DNA of 64,000 nucleotides, from positions 344,534,001 to 344,598,000 of the forward strand of contig OZ024741.1 in assembly GCA_964016885.1 (NCBI GenBank), in the 5' to 3' direction. Source of the stretch: Eledone cirrhosa (taxonomy: Eukaryota). The position numbers and the translations under genes are program-made. Positions 38,925 to 51,649 of this stretch are shown here, one piece after another; the stretch's first letter is position 1; each line of letters starts with the position of its first letter. The notes under the pieces are model-generated. The model was not told the DNA's origin. It made no database searches and saw only the letters and a program-made list of their open reading frames with translations.

Positions 38925-41442
38925 TAATTTGTTCATAAAAGTTCTTTCATCACAAGAACAGTGGGAATTCCTGAAAGTTAACCTGCTGATGGCAACAGAT
39001 GAAATCTGTGGCTGGAGCAGACCTATAGGCAGGAGGAGAGTAACTTGGTGGTGAAACTGTAAGTCAATCAAGACCAAAAAGCAGGCTTGGAAAGTATGGC
39101 GGGATGGGGGAAGTAGAGATCACTATCAAATGGCCAGGAGAGAAGCTAGGAGACAAGTGTACTTTGCAAGAAGGGAAGCAGAGGAAAGAAAGTTCAAGCA
39201 TGTTCTACAACGCGAGGACCAAAAACGTGAGGTGTTCAAGATTGCAAGACAATGTGTCAAGAAAAACCGTGATATTGTCGGGGAGAAGTGTGTCCGTAAT
39301 GATGATGGTGTACTTGCTGCTAAGAAGGTAGCTTGGAAGTGTCACTACGAGAGACTACTAAATGAGGTGAATAAATGGGAAAAAGATAGTCTGCCCCAAA
39401 TCAATCCAATAGAGGGACCAGCAGTGCAAGTTAAAGGTAGTATAATAAGTAGGGCAATCAAATATATGAAGACTGGCAAGGCAGCTGGGCCTTCAGAGAT
39501 AGTTGCTGAAATGCTGAAAGCATCTGGAATGGTGGGACACACTATGGTCACCCAGATAGTAAACCAAGTCATACAGAATGGGTCATACCAAATGACTGGC
39601 GTAGCAGCAGCATCATTAACTGCTACAAGGGTAAAGGAGATGCACTAGATAGAGGAAACTATAGAGTCATTAAATTAATTGACCAGGTCATGAAGGTCAC
39701 AGAAAGAGTTATAGTGCAACTAATCAGAGAGCAAATTGATCTAGATGAAATGCAGTTTGGGTTTGTGTCAGGTAAAAGTACCACAGATGCTCTTTTCCTT
39801 GTACGACAATTTTAGGAGAAGTACCTAGCTTTTGTAGACCCGAGAAAGCCTTTGACAGTCCCCCACTCCATTATCTGGTGGGCTCTTAGAAAACTAGGTG
39901 TTGATGAATGGCTTGTGAGAGCTATACAAGCCATGTATAAAGAAACAGTCAGCAAGGTTAGAATTAACAACAAATATAGTGAAGAATTTAGCGTAAAAGT
40001 TGGTGTTCATCAAGGCTCTGTCCTTAGCCCCCTCCTATTTATTATTGCCCTTCAGGCTATAACAGAAGAGTTCAAATTCGGCTACCCATGGGAACTTCTA
40101 TACACAGATGATCTAACTCTCATAGCTGAATCAATGGCTGAACTAGAGAAGAAATTCCAAACATGGAAACATGGCCTAGAATCAAAAGGCCTTAAAGTTA
40201 ACTTGTCTAAGACTAAAGTTCTAGTATGTAGAAAGGATAATAGGGCACAGGTATCCTCTGGGAATTGGTCATGCTCAGTGTGTAGGAAAGGAGTAGGCAG
40301 AAATTCCATTTTTTGTCCCAAATGCAAACTATGGGTACATAAAAGATGTAGTGGGATCACAGGTAAGCTAAGAACGTAGATTTTATATGTGGCCAATGCT
40401 CAGGTGCAATAAGTAGCAAGTGCCCACAGGAGACTAGCTCCTTCTATTGCCCAGATGGTTCTATAGAAATAGTGCACACCTTCCGTTACTTGGGTGACAA
40501 AATCAACAGTGGTGGAGGGTGCTTTGAAAGTACAGTAGCCAGAGTCAGAACAGGATGGAAAAAGTTCAGAAAGCTTATACCACTATTGGCCACTAAAGGT
40601 TTCCCTCTAAAAATGAAAGGCAGATTGTATGATGCCTGAATACGAACAGCAATGTTACATGGCAGTGAGACATGGGCATTGTGTGCAGAGGATCTGCGCA
40701 GACTGAAGAGGAACGAAGCTTGCATACTCCATTGGATGTGTAATAGTAATACACGTGAATGGCAAAGCATAAATGAACTAAGTGAGAAATTAGGAATAAG
40801 AGGGATCAGATGTTGTTTACTCGAGAGAAGACTACGTTGGTATGGTCACGTGATGCACATGAAAGACGACAGTTGTATAAAAAAGTGCAGGGCGATCAAA
40901 ATTGATGGAAGTTACAGAGTAGGTAGACCCAGAAAAACCTGGGAGGATTTGATAAATTCCAACCTTACACACTTACACCTCTCTAAGACAATGTCACTGT
41001 GCCGAGATCATTGGCGCTAAACAATAATACAGAAGACCCGCCTTGCCTAAGTACAAAGCGAAACTTACAGTCAGTAGGCACCTCTTAACCAAATATACAC
41101 CCCCATCCCACTACTCCTACTCCACCCACCCCTTACTGCCACCAACACCACCCTTTCTCTGTAAAGTTATGTTGGTACCACAACATCCAGTCCAAAATAA
41201 ATGAGGTCGTGTAGGTGTCACGACAAAAAAACACTGTAATGTGGCCGTGTAGGTAACACGGTAAAAACCTCCCAGTCCACACTGAAAACGTGGTTGGTGT
41301 TAGGAAGGGCATCCAGCCGTAGAAAACCTGCCAGACAGCCCTATATGAGCGAGACATGGTCACCTGACCAATCTTGCCTCAAGTGGGACAATTCCCGTCT
41401 AAACCCATGCTAGCATGGAAGATAAACGATGATGATGATGAT
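38925..41442 (+). mobile_element. 5'-truncated RTE-type LINE, same family as 19717-21260
   Basis: MKTGKAAGPS, QFGF, GVHQGSVLSP, YTDD, PHD finger, LHGSETW and RRLRWYGH; multiple stops and frameshifts; (GAT)n tail. Confidence 0.9.
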
Positions 41443-42286
41443 TCTGTAACCTCCTCAATGACTAATCCTTTTCCTATATGCTTCCTCTTCTTTCTGCTCT
41501 TATTTTATTTACTCCATCTTACTAGAATGTTAGAATGGCCATCCCCAAATATAACAACATACATACTTACATACATACACACACACACACATGCACAACT
41601 TTAGTAGATTTTTAAGTATTGTAATTTTAATGATGTTATTTTATATTTTGAGAACAATACCTTAATGTCGGTATGAGCGACTGATTTTAACAGAAAGCAG
41701 TGAATGAGTTCTGGCTGGATATGGCCAGATTAAAAGAGTTAAGATAGTGAAGCGTGGTTTGAAGGATATTTGGCTGTTATTTCTAGCAGGTTTAGTGACC
41801 ATGTAGTGGCTCTGTTATTGGCTCAATATTGAGGAAGTGATTTGAAGTGGAATGACTTCAGGAACACTAAAACATTGTAACTAAATACTTCAAAGTATTC
41901 AGTTACACTGCTATGTTCTGAGTTTAAATTCTGCCAAGACCTACTTTATTCTCCCATCCCTCCAAGGGTGAATAAAAAAAATAATAAAAAGATAATAATA
42001 AAAATAAGTACTGTTGATGTACTGGAATTGATTCAAAAGATTCTGTATTTGTGAGCCCCTGCCAAACTAAGAAAAGACTATTATTATTATTTTTTTTATT
42101 ATTCATGGTTTGTGAAATACTTCAAAAGATTCTATTTCTTAAAACAAGAATAAGATACACCTTGAAGATCATGTAGAAAAGTTTGCGAAAATGGTAGAGC
42201 ATTGAAAAAAAAAATGCTTTGCTGTATTTAGTTATAACTCTTTACATTCTGAGTTCAAATCCCACCAAGTTCAACTTTATCTTTCT

Positions 42287-42865
42287 TTCATGCTCAGAGT
42301 TGCCAAAGCATGGAACAAACTACCTGCGTCAATTGGTAGCTTTGGGACACTGCATCCTTCAAAACTTCCATGCTTCCCAAAATTCACCAACATTATACAC
42401 CAGATATTCCTCTCCATACACATGCACGCGCATGTGTGTCTGTGTATATATCATGACTCATACATTGTTCACTATCCTCACATCTGTACATTATTCTATG
42501 TACTATACATGCACCTTTGATGAGTTGTAGTGCACCTGAGCACTGTACACAATAATTTTCATTATTTTCATTATGAAATTATTGTATACAGTGCTCAGGT
42601 GCACTACAACTCATAAAAGGTGCATGTATAGTACATAGAATAATGTACAAATGTCAGGAAAATGAACTATGTACAAGTCATGAAATACATGTGTGCATGT
42701 GTATGGAGGGGGGGGGGGGGACATCGGGTATAGTGTTGGCGAATCTCAAGGAGCATGGAGGTTTTAAAGGATGCAGTGTCTCGACAGCTAACAACTGATG
42801 CAGGTAGCTTGTTCCATGTTTCAGCAACTCTGAGCGTGAAAAAATGTTTCCAAAAGTCATGGGAT
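42287..42865. mobile_element. Two CR1 3'-end fragments, tail-to-tail
   Basis: 42287-42565 (+) and 42572-42865 (-) both match 33780-34190. Confidence 0.8.
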
Positions 42866-44071
42866 CTGGGGTTGATAAATAAAATACCAATCATGTGCTG
42901 GGGTCGATATATTTGACTGTTCTGTTATCCTTGAATATGGTGACCTAGTGCATAAATTAGAATATCATTAATAGAAGTGGATTAGCAGAATGTTACTGCA
43001 TCAGATAATAATCAACGGAACTGCCTTGTCATGAGATTTGACTGCTATTTCTAGCAGGTAGATCAACCACATAGAGCAGGCATGAGGGATTCTGCAGTAC
43101 TAGTGAATTAGAAGCATATGAGAATCTGTTGGGATGCATCTGTTGATATTAATTTTTTTTTAATCTTAATGAATTTTTTAATCTTAGAAATTCATAGGTT
43201 TACATCTTATAATTTAACCTAGCATTTGAACCTGGTTTTACCAAGGTTTATTAATATATAAATCATTAAATATTGTACATCTTCAGAATTACAAATGATT
43301 GTATGACTTGGGATTCTGCAAGCCTAGAAATAAAAGTCCTACCTACATAGATCAAGGATGAGAGACCAGAGGCAAATTGCAAGTATATAAAATCTGTGGG
43401 AATGCATGTGTTGATATGAATTTAAAAAATATAAATTATGAATATTTTAATCTTACAAATTAATACCTAGCTGTCGAACCCGGTTTTACTCTGGTTATTG
43501 AAGTATAAATTATATGGAAGGGATCTCTCAGTTTCGACAATGAGTGTTACAGCTGTTTGATCAATGACACAACTTGCTTGTGAAATTAATGTTTAAGTGG
43601 CTGAGCATTCCATAGACATGTGCATCCATAATTTAGTTCTAAGGGAGATTCAGCATGACAACATGAGACAAGGCTTGCCTCTTGAAATACAGAGACAGTG
43701 CATTTTGCAAGATGATTAGACTGGAGTAATGTGAAATAAATTGACTTGCTCAAGGACACTAATCACTACCCAGTCAGTAATAGAACTCAGGATCTTAGCT
43801 AGCCATTCGTTTTCACTTACTATACTTCATTAAGGCATAGCATTGCTCATCAGACTCGTTAATCAAGAAAATCAGAATCGTCCTCAATAAACCACAAATC
43901 TACTGAATCATCTAATTTATATATATGTGTGTGTGTGTGTATATAAAAATAATAATAATAATGAAATTATTGTGTACAGTGCTCAGGTGCACTACATCTC
44001 ATCAAAGGTGCATGTATAGTACATAGAATAATGTACAAATGTCAGGAAAATGAAAAGTGTATGTATATAGA

Positions 44072-44360
44072 TGTCGATTGACTTTCGTCAAATTGTACCA
44101 GGGAAACAATGTTCCTTTTGGTCTTTCCAATTGCTAATACTATCTAGCGATTGCAACTCCAGGTAGAAGGAGTAACGTGAAATAAAGTGTCTTGCTCAAG
44201 GACATAACGCATTGCCCGGTCCAGGAATCAAACTGACAACCTCATGATTGTGAATCCAGTTCTCTAACCAATCAGCCACACACCTTCAAAGACGATTAGC
44301 AATTGGGAAGACCAACAGAAACATTGTTTCCTCAGTCTGATTCGACAAAAGTCGATCGAC
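44072..44360. mobile_element. Inverted-repeat element enclosing a SINE B head
   Basis: ~65-bp imperfect arms GTCGATTGACTTT...CAATTGCTAAT / ATTAGCAATTG...AAAGTCGATCGAC. Confidence 0.55.
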
Positions 44361-44372
44361 CTTGAAGACGTG

Positions 44373-44416
<44 letters not shown>

Positions 44417-45139
44417 ATATTACAAAAGACCAAGGTTAACAATTTAAATTCATTCTTTAATTTTTACATCCATTTCAATACGGTTACAATGGTTCATGCA
44501 TATGTGAACAACTGGAAATAATTAACTATCAATCATTAACACCATACATTATACATATAACTGCATTTCTTCAGGAAAATGTGAGAAAGAATAAGAATAG
44601 ATATCATATCAAACACTGAGCGTAAAGCAAGCAAATAAATTTAAAATAAAAAAAAAACATATTTTGTACATGGATTCTTTTGACTATGCAAAATTATATA
44701 TATATATATATATATGCATATGTATATATCCAACCCTTGCTAGCAGGTAAAGCAGACATTAAATGATGATGAATCGTGTGTGTGTGTATATATATATATA
44801 TATAAATGATATGTATTTAATTACATATGTACTCTACAACAAAATAAATTTAACAAACGATTGAAACTACAACAATGGAATATTTTATTCATTTATAATT
44901 TACAGATAAATATTTTTCATAAAACCTAATCCACTCTCTCTTTCTCTCTCACCACTCTTTGTCTCAGTCTATCATTATTACTCTTCTAATTGACACTCTC
45001 TCACTCTCTCTATTTATCTGTCTCATGCTCTCACACTCACATATACTCTTACATTCCCTTTTCACAGCATGATTGCCATAATTCCTCTTTTAGTTCTCTT
45101 TCTCTCTCATTTACCATGGACTTTCCATAAAGATGTGAA

Positions 45140-47030
45140 ATCACCATCAACACCACAACAAACACCACAACCACCACCAACACCAACACCACACCCACAA
45201 CCAACACCACAACCACAACCACCACCACCACCACCACAATCACCACCACCACAACCACCACCACCACAACCACCACCACCAAAACCACCACCACCACCAC
45301 CACCACCACCACCACCACCACCACCACAACCACCACCACCACAACTAACACCACCACAATTAACACCACCACAACCACCACCATCACCAATACCACAACC
45401 ACCAACACCACATCCACCAACACCACAACCACCAACACCACAACCATCAACACCACAACCATCAACACCACAACCATCAACACCACAACCATCAACACCT
45501 CAACCACCAACACCACAACCAATAACACCGCAACCACCAACACCGCAACCACCAACACCACAACCATCAACACCACAACCATCAACACCACAACCATCAA
45601 CACCACAACCATCAACACCTCAACCACCAACACCACAACCAATAACACCGCAACCACCAACACCGCAACCACCAACACCACAACCACCAACACCACCAAC
45701 ACCACAACCACCAACACCACAACCATCAACACCACAACCATCAACACCACAACCATCAACACCACAACCACCAACACCACAACCACCAACACCACAACCA
45801 CCAACACCACAACCAATAACACCACAACCAATAACACCACAACCACCAACACCACAACCACCAACACCACAACCACCAACACCACAACCACCAACACCAC
45901 AACCACCAACACCACAACCACCAACACCACAATCACCAACACCACAATCACCAACACCACAACCACCAACACCACAACCACCAACACCACAACCACCAAC
46001 ACCACAACCACCAACACCACAACCACCAACACCACAACCACCAACACCACAACCACCAACACCACAACCACCACCACCACAACCACCACCACCACCACCA
46101 CCACCACCACCACCACCACCACCACCACCACCACCACCACCACCACCACCACCACCACCAACACCACAACCACCACAACCACAACCACCACAACCACAAC
46201 CACCACAACCACAAACACCTCAACCACTAACACCACAACCACCACAACCACCACCACCACAACCACCACCACCACAACCACCACCACCACAACCACCACC
46301 CACCACCACCACCACCACCACCAACACCACAACTACCAACACCACAACCACCAACACCACAACCACCAACACCACAACCACCAACACCACAACCACCACA
46401 ACCACAACCACCAACACCACAACCACCACCAACACCACAACCAACACCACACCACCAACATCACACCACCAACACCACACCACCAACACCACCACACCAC
46501 CAACACCACCAACACCACCACACCACCAACACCACCAACACCACCACCACCAACACCACAACCACCAACACCACAACCACCAACACCACAACCAACACCA
46601 CACCACCAACATCACACCACCAACACCACACCACCAACACCACCACACCACCAACACCACCAACACCACCACACCACCAACACCACCAACACCACCACCA
46701 CCAACACCACACCACCAACATCACACCACCAACACCACACCACCAACACCACCACACCACCAACACCACCAACACCACCACACCACCAACACCACCAACA
46801 CCACCACACCACCAACACCACCAACACCACCACCATCAACACCACCACCACCAACACCACCACCACCACAACCACCAACACTACCAAAACCACCAACACC
46901 ACAACCACCAACGCAACCACCACCACAACCACCACCACAACCACCAACACCACAACCACCACAACCACCACAACCACCACCATTATCACAACCACAACCA
47001 ACACCACCACCACCACCACCATTACAACAT
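45140..47030. repeat. (CCA/ACA)-based 15-bp and trinucleotide satellite
   Basis: CAACCACCAACACCA units and (CCA)n. Confidence 0.95.
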
Positions 47031-47329
47031 ATATTTTATACCATAGAAACACCAACTTTAATATATGTATACATTGTTTTTTTTTTTATAATTTTTTTTT
47101 TTGTGCTTTCAATGTTTTCCACCTTCATTAGTACTTTAGTTGTGTTAGTTCGTTAGTGTACTAGCTGGTTGGTTAGTTCCTTAGGTTTGGTCATTTAGCT
47201 GACTTGCTGGTTAGTTGGAGCACCATCTTATAAGGGAACTATAAATAAGATGGTGACAGTGTTGGTGGGGGGATAGGGGATGTTGATGGTGTTGGTGGTA
47301 GTGGAGGTGATGGTAGTGGGGTGGGGGGT

Positions 47330-48450
47330 AGTGGCTGTTGTGATGGGAGTAATACTATTACTGGTGACCATATTGGAGGTAATAGTGGTGGTGGTGGTGG
47401 TGGTTGCTGGTAGTGACTGTTGTGATGGGAGTAATACTATTAGTGGTGACCATATTGGAGGCAATAGTGGTGGTGGTGGTGGTTGCTGGTAGTGACTGTT
47501 GTGATGGAAGTAATACTATTAGTAGTGACCATATTGGAGGTAATAGTGGTGGTGGTGGTGGTGGTTGCTGGTAGTGACTGTTGTGATGGGAGTGATACTA
47601 TTAGTGGTGACCATATTGGAGGTAATAGTGGTGGTGGTGGTGGTTGCTGGTAGTGACTGTTGTGATGGGAGTGATACTATTAGTGGTGACCATATTGGAG
47701 GTAATAGTGGTGGTGGTGGTGGTTGCTGGTAGTGACTGTTGTGATGGGAGTAATACTATTAGTGGTGACCATATTGGAGGTAATAGTGGTGGTGGTGGTG
47801 GTTGCTGGTAGTGACTGTTGTGATGGAAGTAATACTATTAGTGGTGACCATATTGGAGGTAATAGTGGTGGTGGTGGTGGTGGTTGCTGGTAGTGACTGT
47901 TGTGATGGGAGTAATACTATTAGTGGTGACCATATTGGAGGCAATAGTGGTGGTGGTGGTGGTGGTTGCTGGTAGTGACTGTTGTGATGGAAGTAATACT
48001 ACTAGTGGTGACCATATTGGAGGTAATAGTGGTGGTGGTGGTGGTGGTTGCTGGTAGTGACTGTTGTGATGGGAGTAATACTATTAGTGGTGACCATATT
48101 GGAGGCAATAGTGGTGGTGGTGATGCTTGCTGGTAGTGACTGTTGTGATGGGAGTAATACTATTAGTGGTGACCATATTGGAGGTAATAGTGGTGGTGGT
48201 GATGGTTGCTGGTAGTGACTGTTGTGATGGGAGTAATACTATTAGTGGTGACCATATTGGAGGCAATAGTGGTGGTGGTGGTGGTGGTTGCTGGTAGTGA
48301 CTGTTGTGATGGGAGTAATACTATTAGTGGTGACCATATTGGAGGTAATAATGGTGGTGGTGGTGGTTGCTGGTAGTGACTGTTGTGATGGGAGTAATAC
48401 TATTAGTGGTGACCATATTGGAGGTAATAGTGGTGGTGGTGGTGGTGGTC
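47330..48450. repeat. ~80-bp VNTR, about 14 copies
   Basis: GTTGCTGGTAGTGACTGTTGTGATGGGAGTAATACTATTAGTGGTGACCATATTGGAGGTAATAGT(GGT)n. Confidence 0.95.
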
Positions 48451-48762
48451 ATAGAATTGCTGGAGAAAGAGAGGAAGGATGGTCAGTTGATCAGTTAGCT
48501 GGATTGGGAGAGTAATTGTTGTTTTTCCTTTCCTTTCTGTTTGATGTTTTTCAACAGTTTATTCTGTTATTGCTGGCAAGTACCAATATTTGTGCTGTTC
48601 ATTAGAAAGAAGGCTGGCTGGCACTTATACAGGAATTTGTTGTTGTTGTTGTTGTGTGGATGAGAAGGTGAAGGAGAGTGTGGGGGAGAGCAAGGGAGAG
48701 TGAAAAAAATGTGTAAGGTGTTTGTAAATAAATAAATAAATATATGTATGTCTCTCTCTCTT

Positions 48763-48800
<38 letters not shown>

Positions 48801-48804
48801 CCCC

Positions 48805-48835
<31 letters not shown>

Positions 48836-49044
48836 TTCAAATGTCTTGCTTTCTCCTACATGCATATATATATATATATATATATACACAAATACATATA
48901 TCTATATGGGTTGATTTATTCAATAATTTCAATACAATTCTGTGTTACTGGGGGTGGTAACAATATTAGCACTCGGTGCTAAGGCAGAGAGTATAAATTG
49001 AATATAACAAAATAAAGATTCACATTTGTGTTTTTATTGATTAT

Positions 49045-49139
49045 CAATCAGTTACATATATTTCACAGATGATTGGCTCAAGGTCCTTATTTTTATGTTA
49101 TAGACCTTACTCCAAAATCAATTTGCTCATCAGACTTTG
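49045..49139 (-). ncRNA. Type I hammerhead ribozyme, long stem II (intact core)
   Basis: Minus strand CAAAGT-CTGATGA-GCAAATTGATT...AAGGTC...GACCTT...AATCATCTGT-GAAA-TATATG-TA-ACTGATTG, followed by AATAAA. Confidence 0.6.
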
Positions 49140-49382
49140 CTACTCGCGCTAAAATCGAAATTTCATTCATGAAATTTTGTTTTTAGCTTGTACATGTGAC
49201 AACAAAATAGAGAGATACAGGACAAATTGTGCTTTTCGGCGAATTACACAGTTAAAGACAAAAAAATAAATGTAAATCCTGAAACACGTCGATTTTTCGC
49301 ATGGCTACTGAAGTAGATGTGACATGGTTACAACTAAAAATACCCATAGTAAAACTTATGTATGTTATTTACACACACACAG

Positions 49383-49421
<39 letters not shown>

Positions 49422-50114
49422 GGCCAATGAAAGTCTGAATGATATAAGTCAAAAATAACTTTTACAAACACATGGTTTTTTAATTTTCTTATTATTCCTC
49501 AGATTGGTGATGTGACATCATATTGATAGTTTCAATAACCTTCTTATTTTTGTCATTTCATTATTGTTATTACTATTATTATTATTAAATTAGATAATTT
49601 TATGTATTTCGGCATTATATGTACATATATAATTTGATTAGAAAGGCCTTTTTGTGAGTCTGTGTCCATATAAGAGGATTGTGTAGTTGTGTGGGTGTGA
49701 GTATGTGGGGGTACATGCATTTGGGGGAAAAAATCCTTTTTTGGTATATATAATGAATAGCTATATATTGAGAAAAGTACTTAGCTTTTGGTTACTAGAA
49801 TATTTTGATATTTAACATTTGTTTCAATGCAGGAGTGAACAAATGTCATGTAGCAGTACTCAGTTAGTATGACTTGTTGCTGAAAAATGGCTGCTAGATA
49901 GAGTATTCACCGTGATGTTTTGGTGTGTTCGAAGAGATGAACGAGTTGAGATAATTGTTCATAGAATGACTGATTTTGATAAGTCTAATGAGGATGAAAC
50001 AACTGTAAATCAAGATTTGATGTAAAATTGTATTTGGTAATATATATATATATATATATATAGTTTAATATAAAAGGGAACAAAGAAAATGTGTTGCATC
50101 ATATACATATTTAA

Positions 50115-50206
50115 TTGCATGTTACATATGTTTCACTGTTAATCAGCTCGAGGAATGATCTATTAATGATCGAACCTGACTCTGGAATTGGAAGCTCTTC
50201 CGATAT
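50115..50206 (-). ncRNA. Degenerate hammerhead-like motif, long-stem-II family
   Basis: Minus strand CATAT-CGGAAGA-...-GT-GAAA-CATATG-TA-ACATG; perfect palindromic stem III. Confidence 0.5.
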
Positions 50207-50656
50207 GTTTTAACATGTAGACTCGCGTCTGAGAGTGGTTGAATATTATCCCGATTCCTTCTTATATGCTACCACAAACTCCCTGTCACCATATTCACTT
50301 GTTGGTTTGTTTCCGGTCAGATCACAGCTGGGAACTTCCTATAATTTAGCAGCTATTATCGCCATCTCGGTCAAGTTGTCATACGTATCCACGTGTGTCA
50401 ACTTGTTTGCCTGATGACTGCTGCTATATTGTTTGAAGTAATCTTTAAGGAGATAAGGCAATACAAGAATGCAGGGGTGACACTATTGAAATTCTGCTCC
50501 CCAAGCGCATCGAGTGATCATTCGGCATACTGCCTATAACGCAATTAATTGGCACTTTAATACATGTCAACATGAATGGACTTGTTATTTTTATCTAAAG
50601 ACATTCTTTTCCAATTCCATCCTGCCCGTCCTCAATCTATCTTATTTCTCATTCTT

Positions 50657-50692
50657 TCTTCTGATGAAGGACTAGCGTCCAAAACGTTAAGA
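50657..50692 (+). ncRNA. Minimal Penelope-type hammerhead with a GAAA>AAAA mutation
   Basis: TCTT-CTGATGA-A-GGAC TAGC GTCC-AAAA-CG-TT-AAGA. Confidence 0.55.
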
Positions 50693-50802
50693 CCCTCTTC
50701 CTGCTATATCAAGCGTTAACCTAATATATCCCTTCCATATACTGTACCGATTGTGTTGTTATTTCTGTTTACCTTTTACATATATATATATATATATATG
50801 TA

Positions 50803-51074
50803 CACCCCCCACCGCAAGGTGGTCGTGGAGGTGCCACGGCAAAAAAGCACCCAGCCCACACTGTAAAGTGGACGTGTAGGCACCACGAAAAAGCACCCAG
50901 CACTCACTGTAAATGAGGTTGGTGTTAGGAAGGGCATCCAGCTGTAGAAATCAAGGCAAATCAGTTGCTGTATGAGCAAGGCATGGTCAGCCGACCAGAC
51001 ACTGCCCACAACAGGACAACCCATCTAACCCATGCTAGCGTGGAAGAACGGACGTAAAACGGTGATGATGATGA
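50803..51074 (+). mobile_element. RTE LINE 3'-UTR fragment
   Basis: GGAAGGGCATCCAGCTGTAG motif and (GAT)n tail; near reverse complement of 18828-19105. Confidence 0.75.
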
Positions 51075-51393
51075 CATATTTACAAATGCACATACATACA
51101 CTTACATGCACACATACAGATACACGTGCACACACACATACGTACATGGATACATACATGCAAGCATATATACATACACACAATCACACATACATACATA
51201 CAAACATATACATATATACACACATACATACATATATATACACATACATATATATACACATACATAGACATACATACACATATTCAGGTGGTAAGAAAAT
51301 AATCTCTCACGCTATCTCAAAAGACTCTACAAAGAACAAGAAGAAAAACTAAAATAAATTTAGAAAAAAAAATCAATGATGTTGTTAATAATG

Positions 51394-51602
51394 ATTTCTA
51401 CTATAGGCACAAGGCCAGCAATTTTTTGGGGAGGGGAAAGTCAATTAAATCAACCTCAGTGCATTACTGGTACTTTATTTTATCAACCCCATAAGGATGA
51501 AAGGCAAAGCTAACCTCAGCAGAATTTGAACTTAGAATGTAAAGGGCCGTAACTCTATGCTCTGAAGCAGGGTGTCCGACGCTCTACCGATCCTGCCAAT
51601 TC
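51394..51602 (-). mobile_element. SINE family A
   Basis: Full-length match to the family. Confidence 0.75.
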
Positions 51603-51649
51603 ACCGTCTTAATGATAATAATAAAATGAGGAGGAGGAGATGTTGAAGA

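Noticed and set aside
43790-43862. Minus-strand GTCTGATGAGCAA...GTGAAA hammerhead-like start
   Set aside because: No stem III, NUH triplet or stem I partner after GAAA; at best a truncated remnant.
45049-45110. Insulin A-chain-like KRGI..CC look-alike on the minus strand
   Set aside because: It needs a frameshift and lacks the remaining cysteines; coincidence.
47330-48450. CRISPR-like regular array
   Set aside because: Variable parts are only (GGT)n length changes, with no unique spacers and no cas genes, in eukaryotic DNA.
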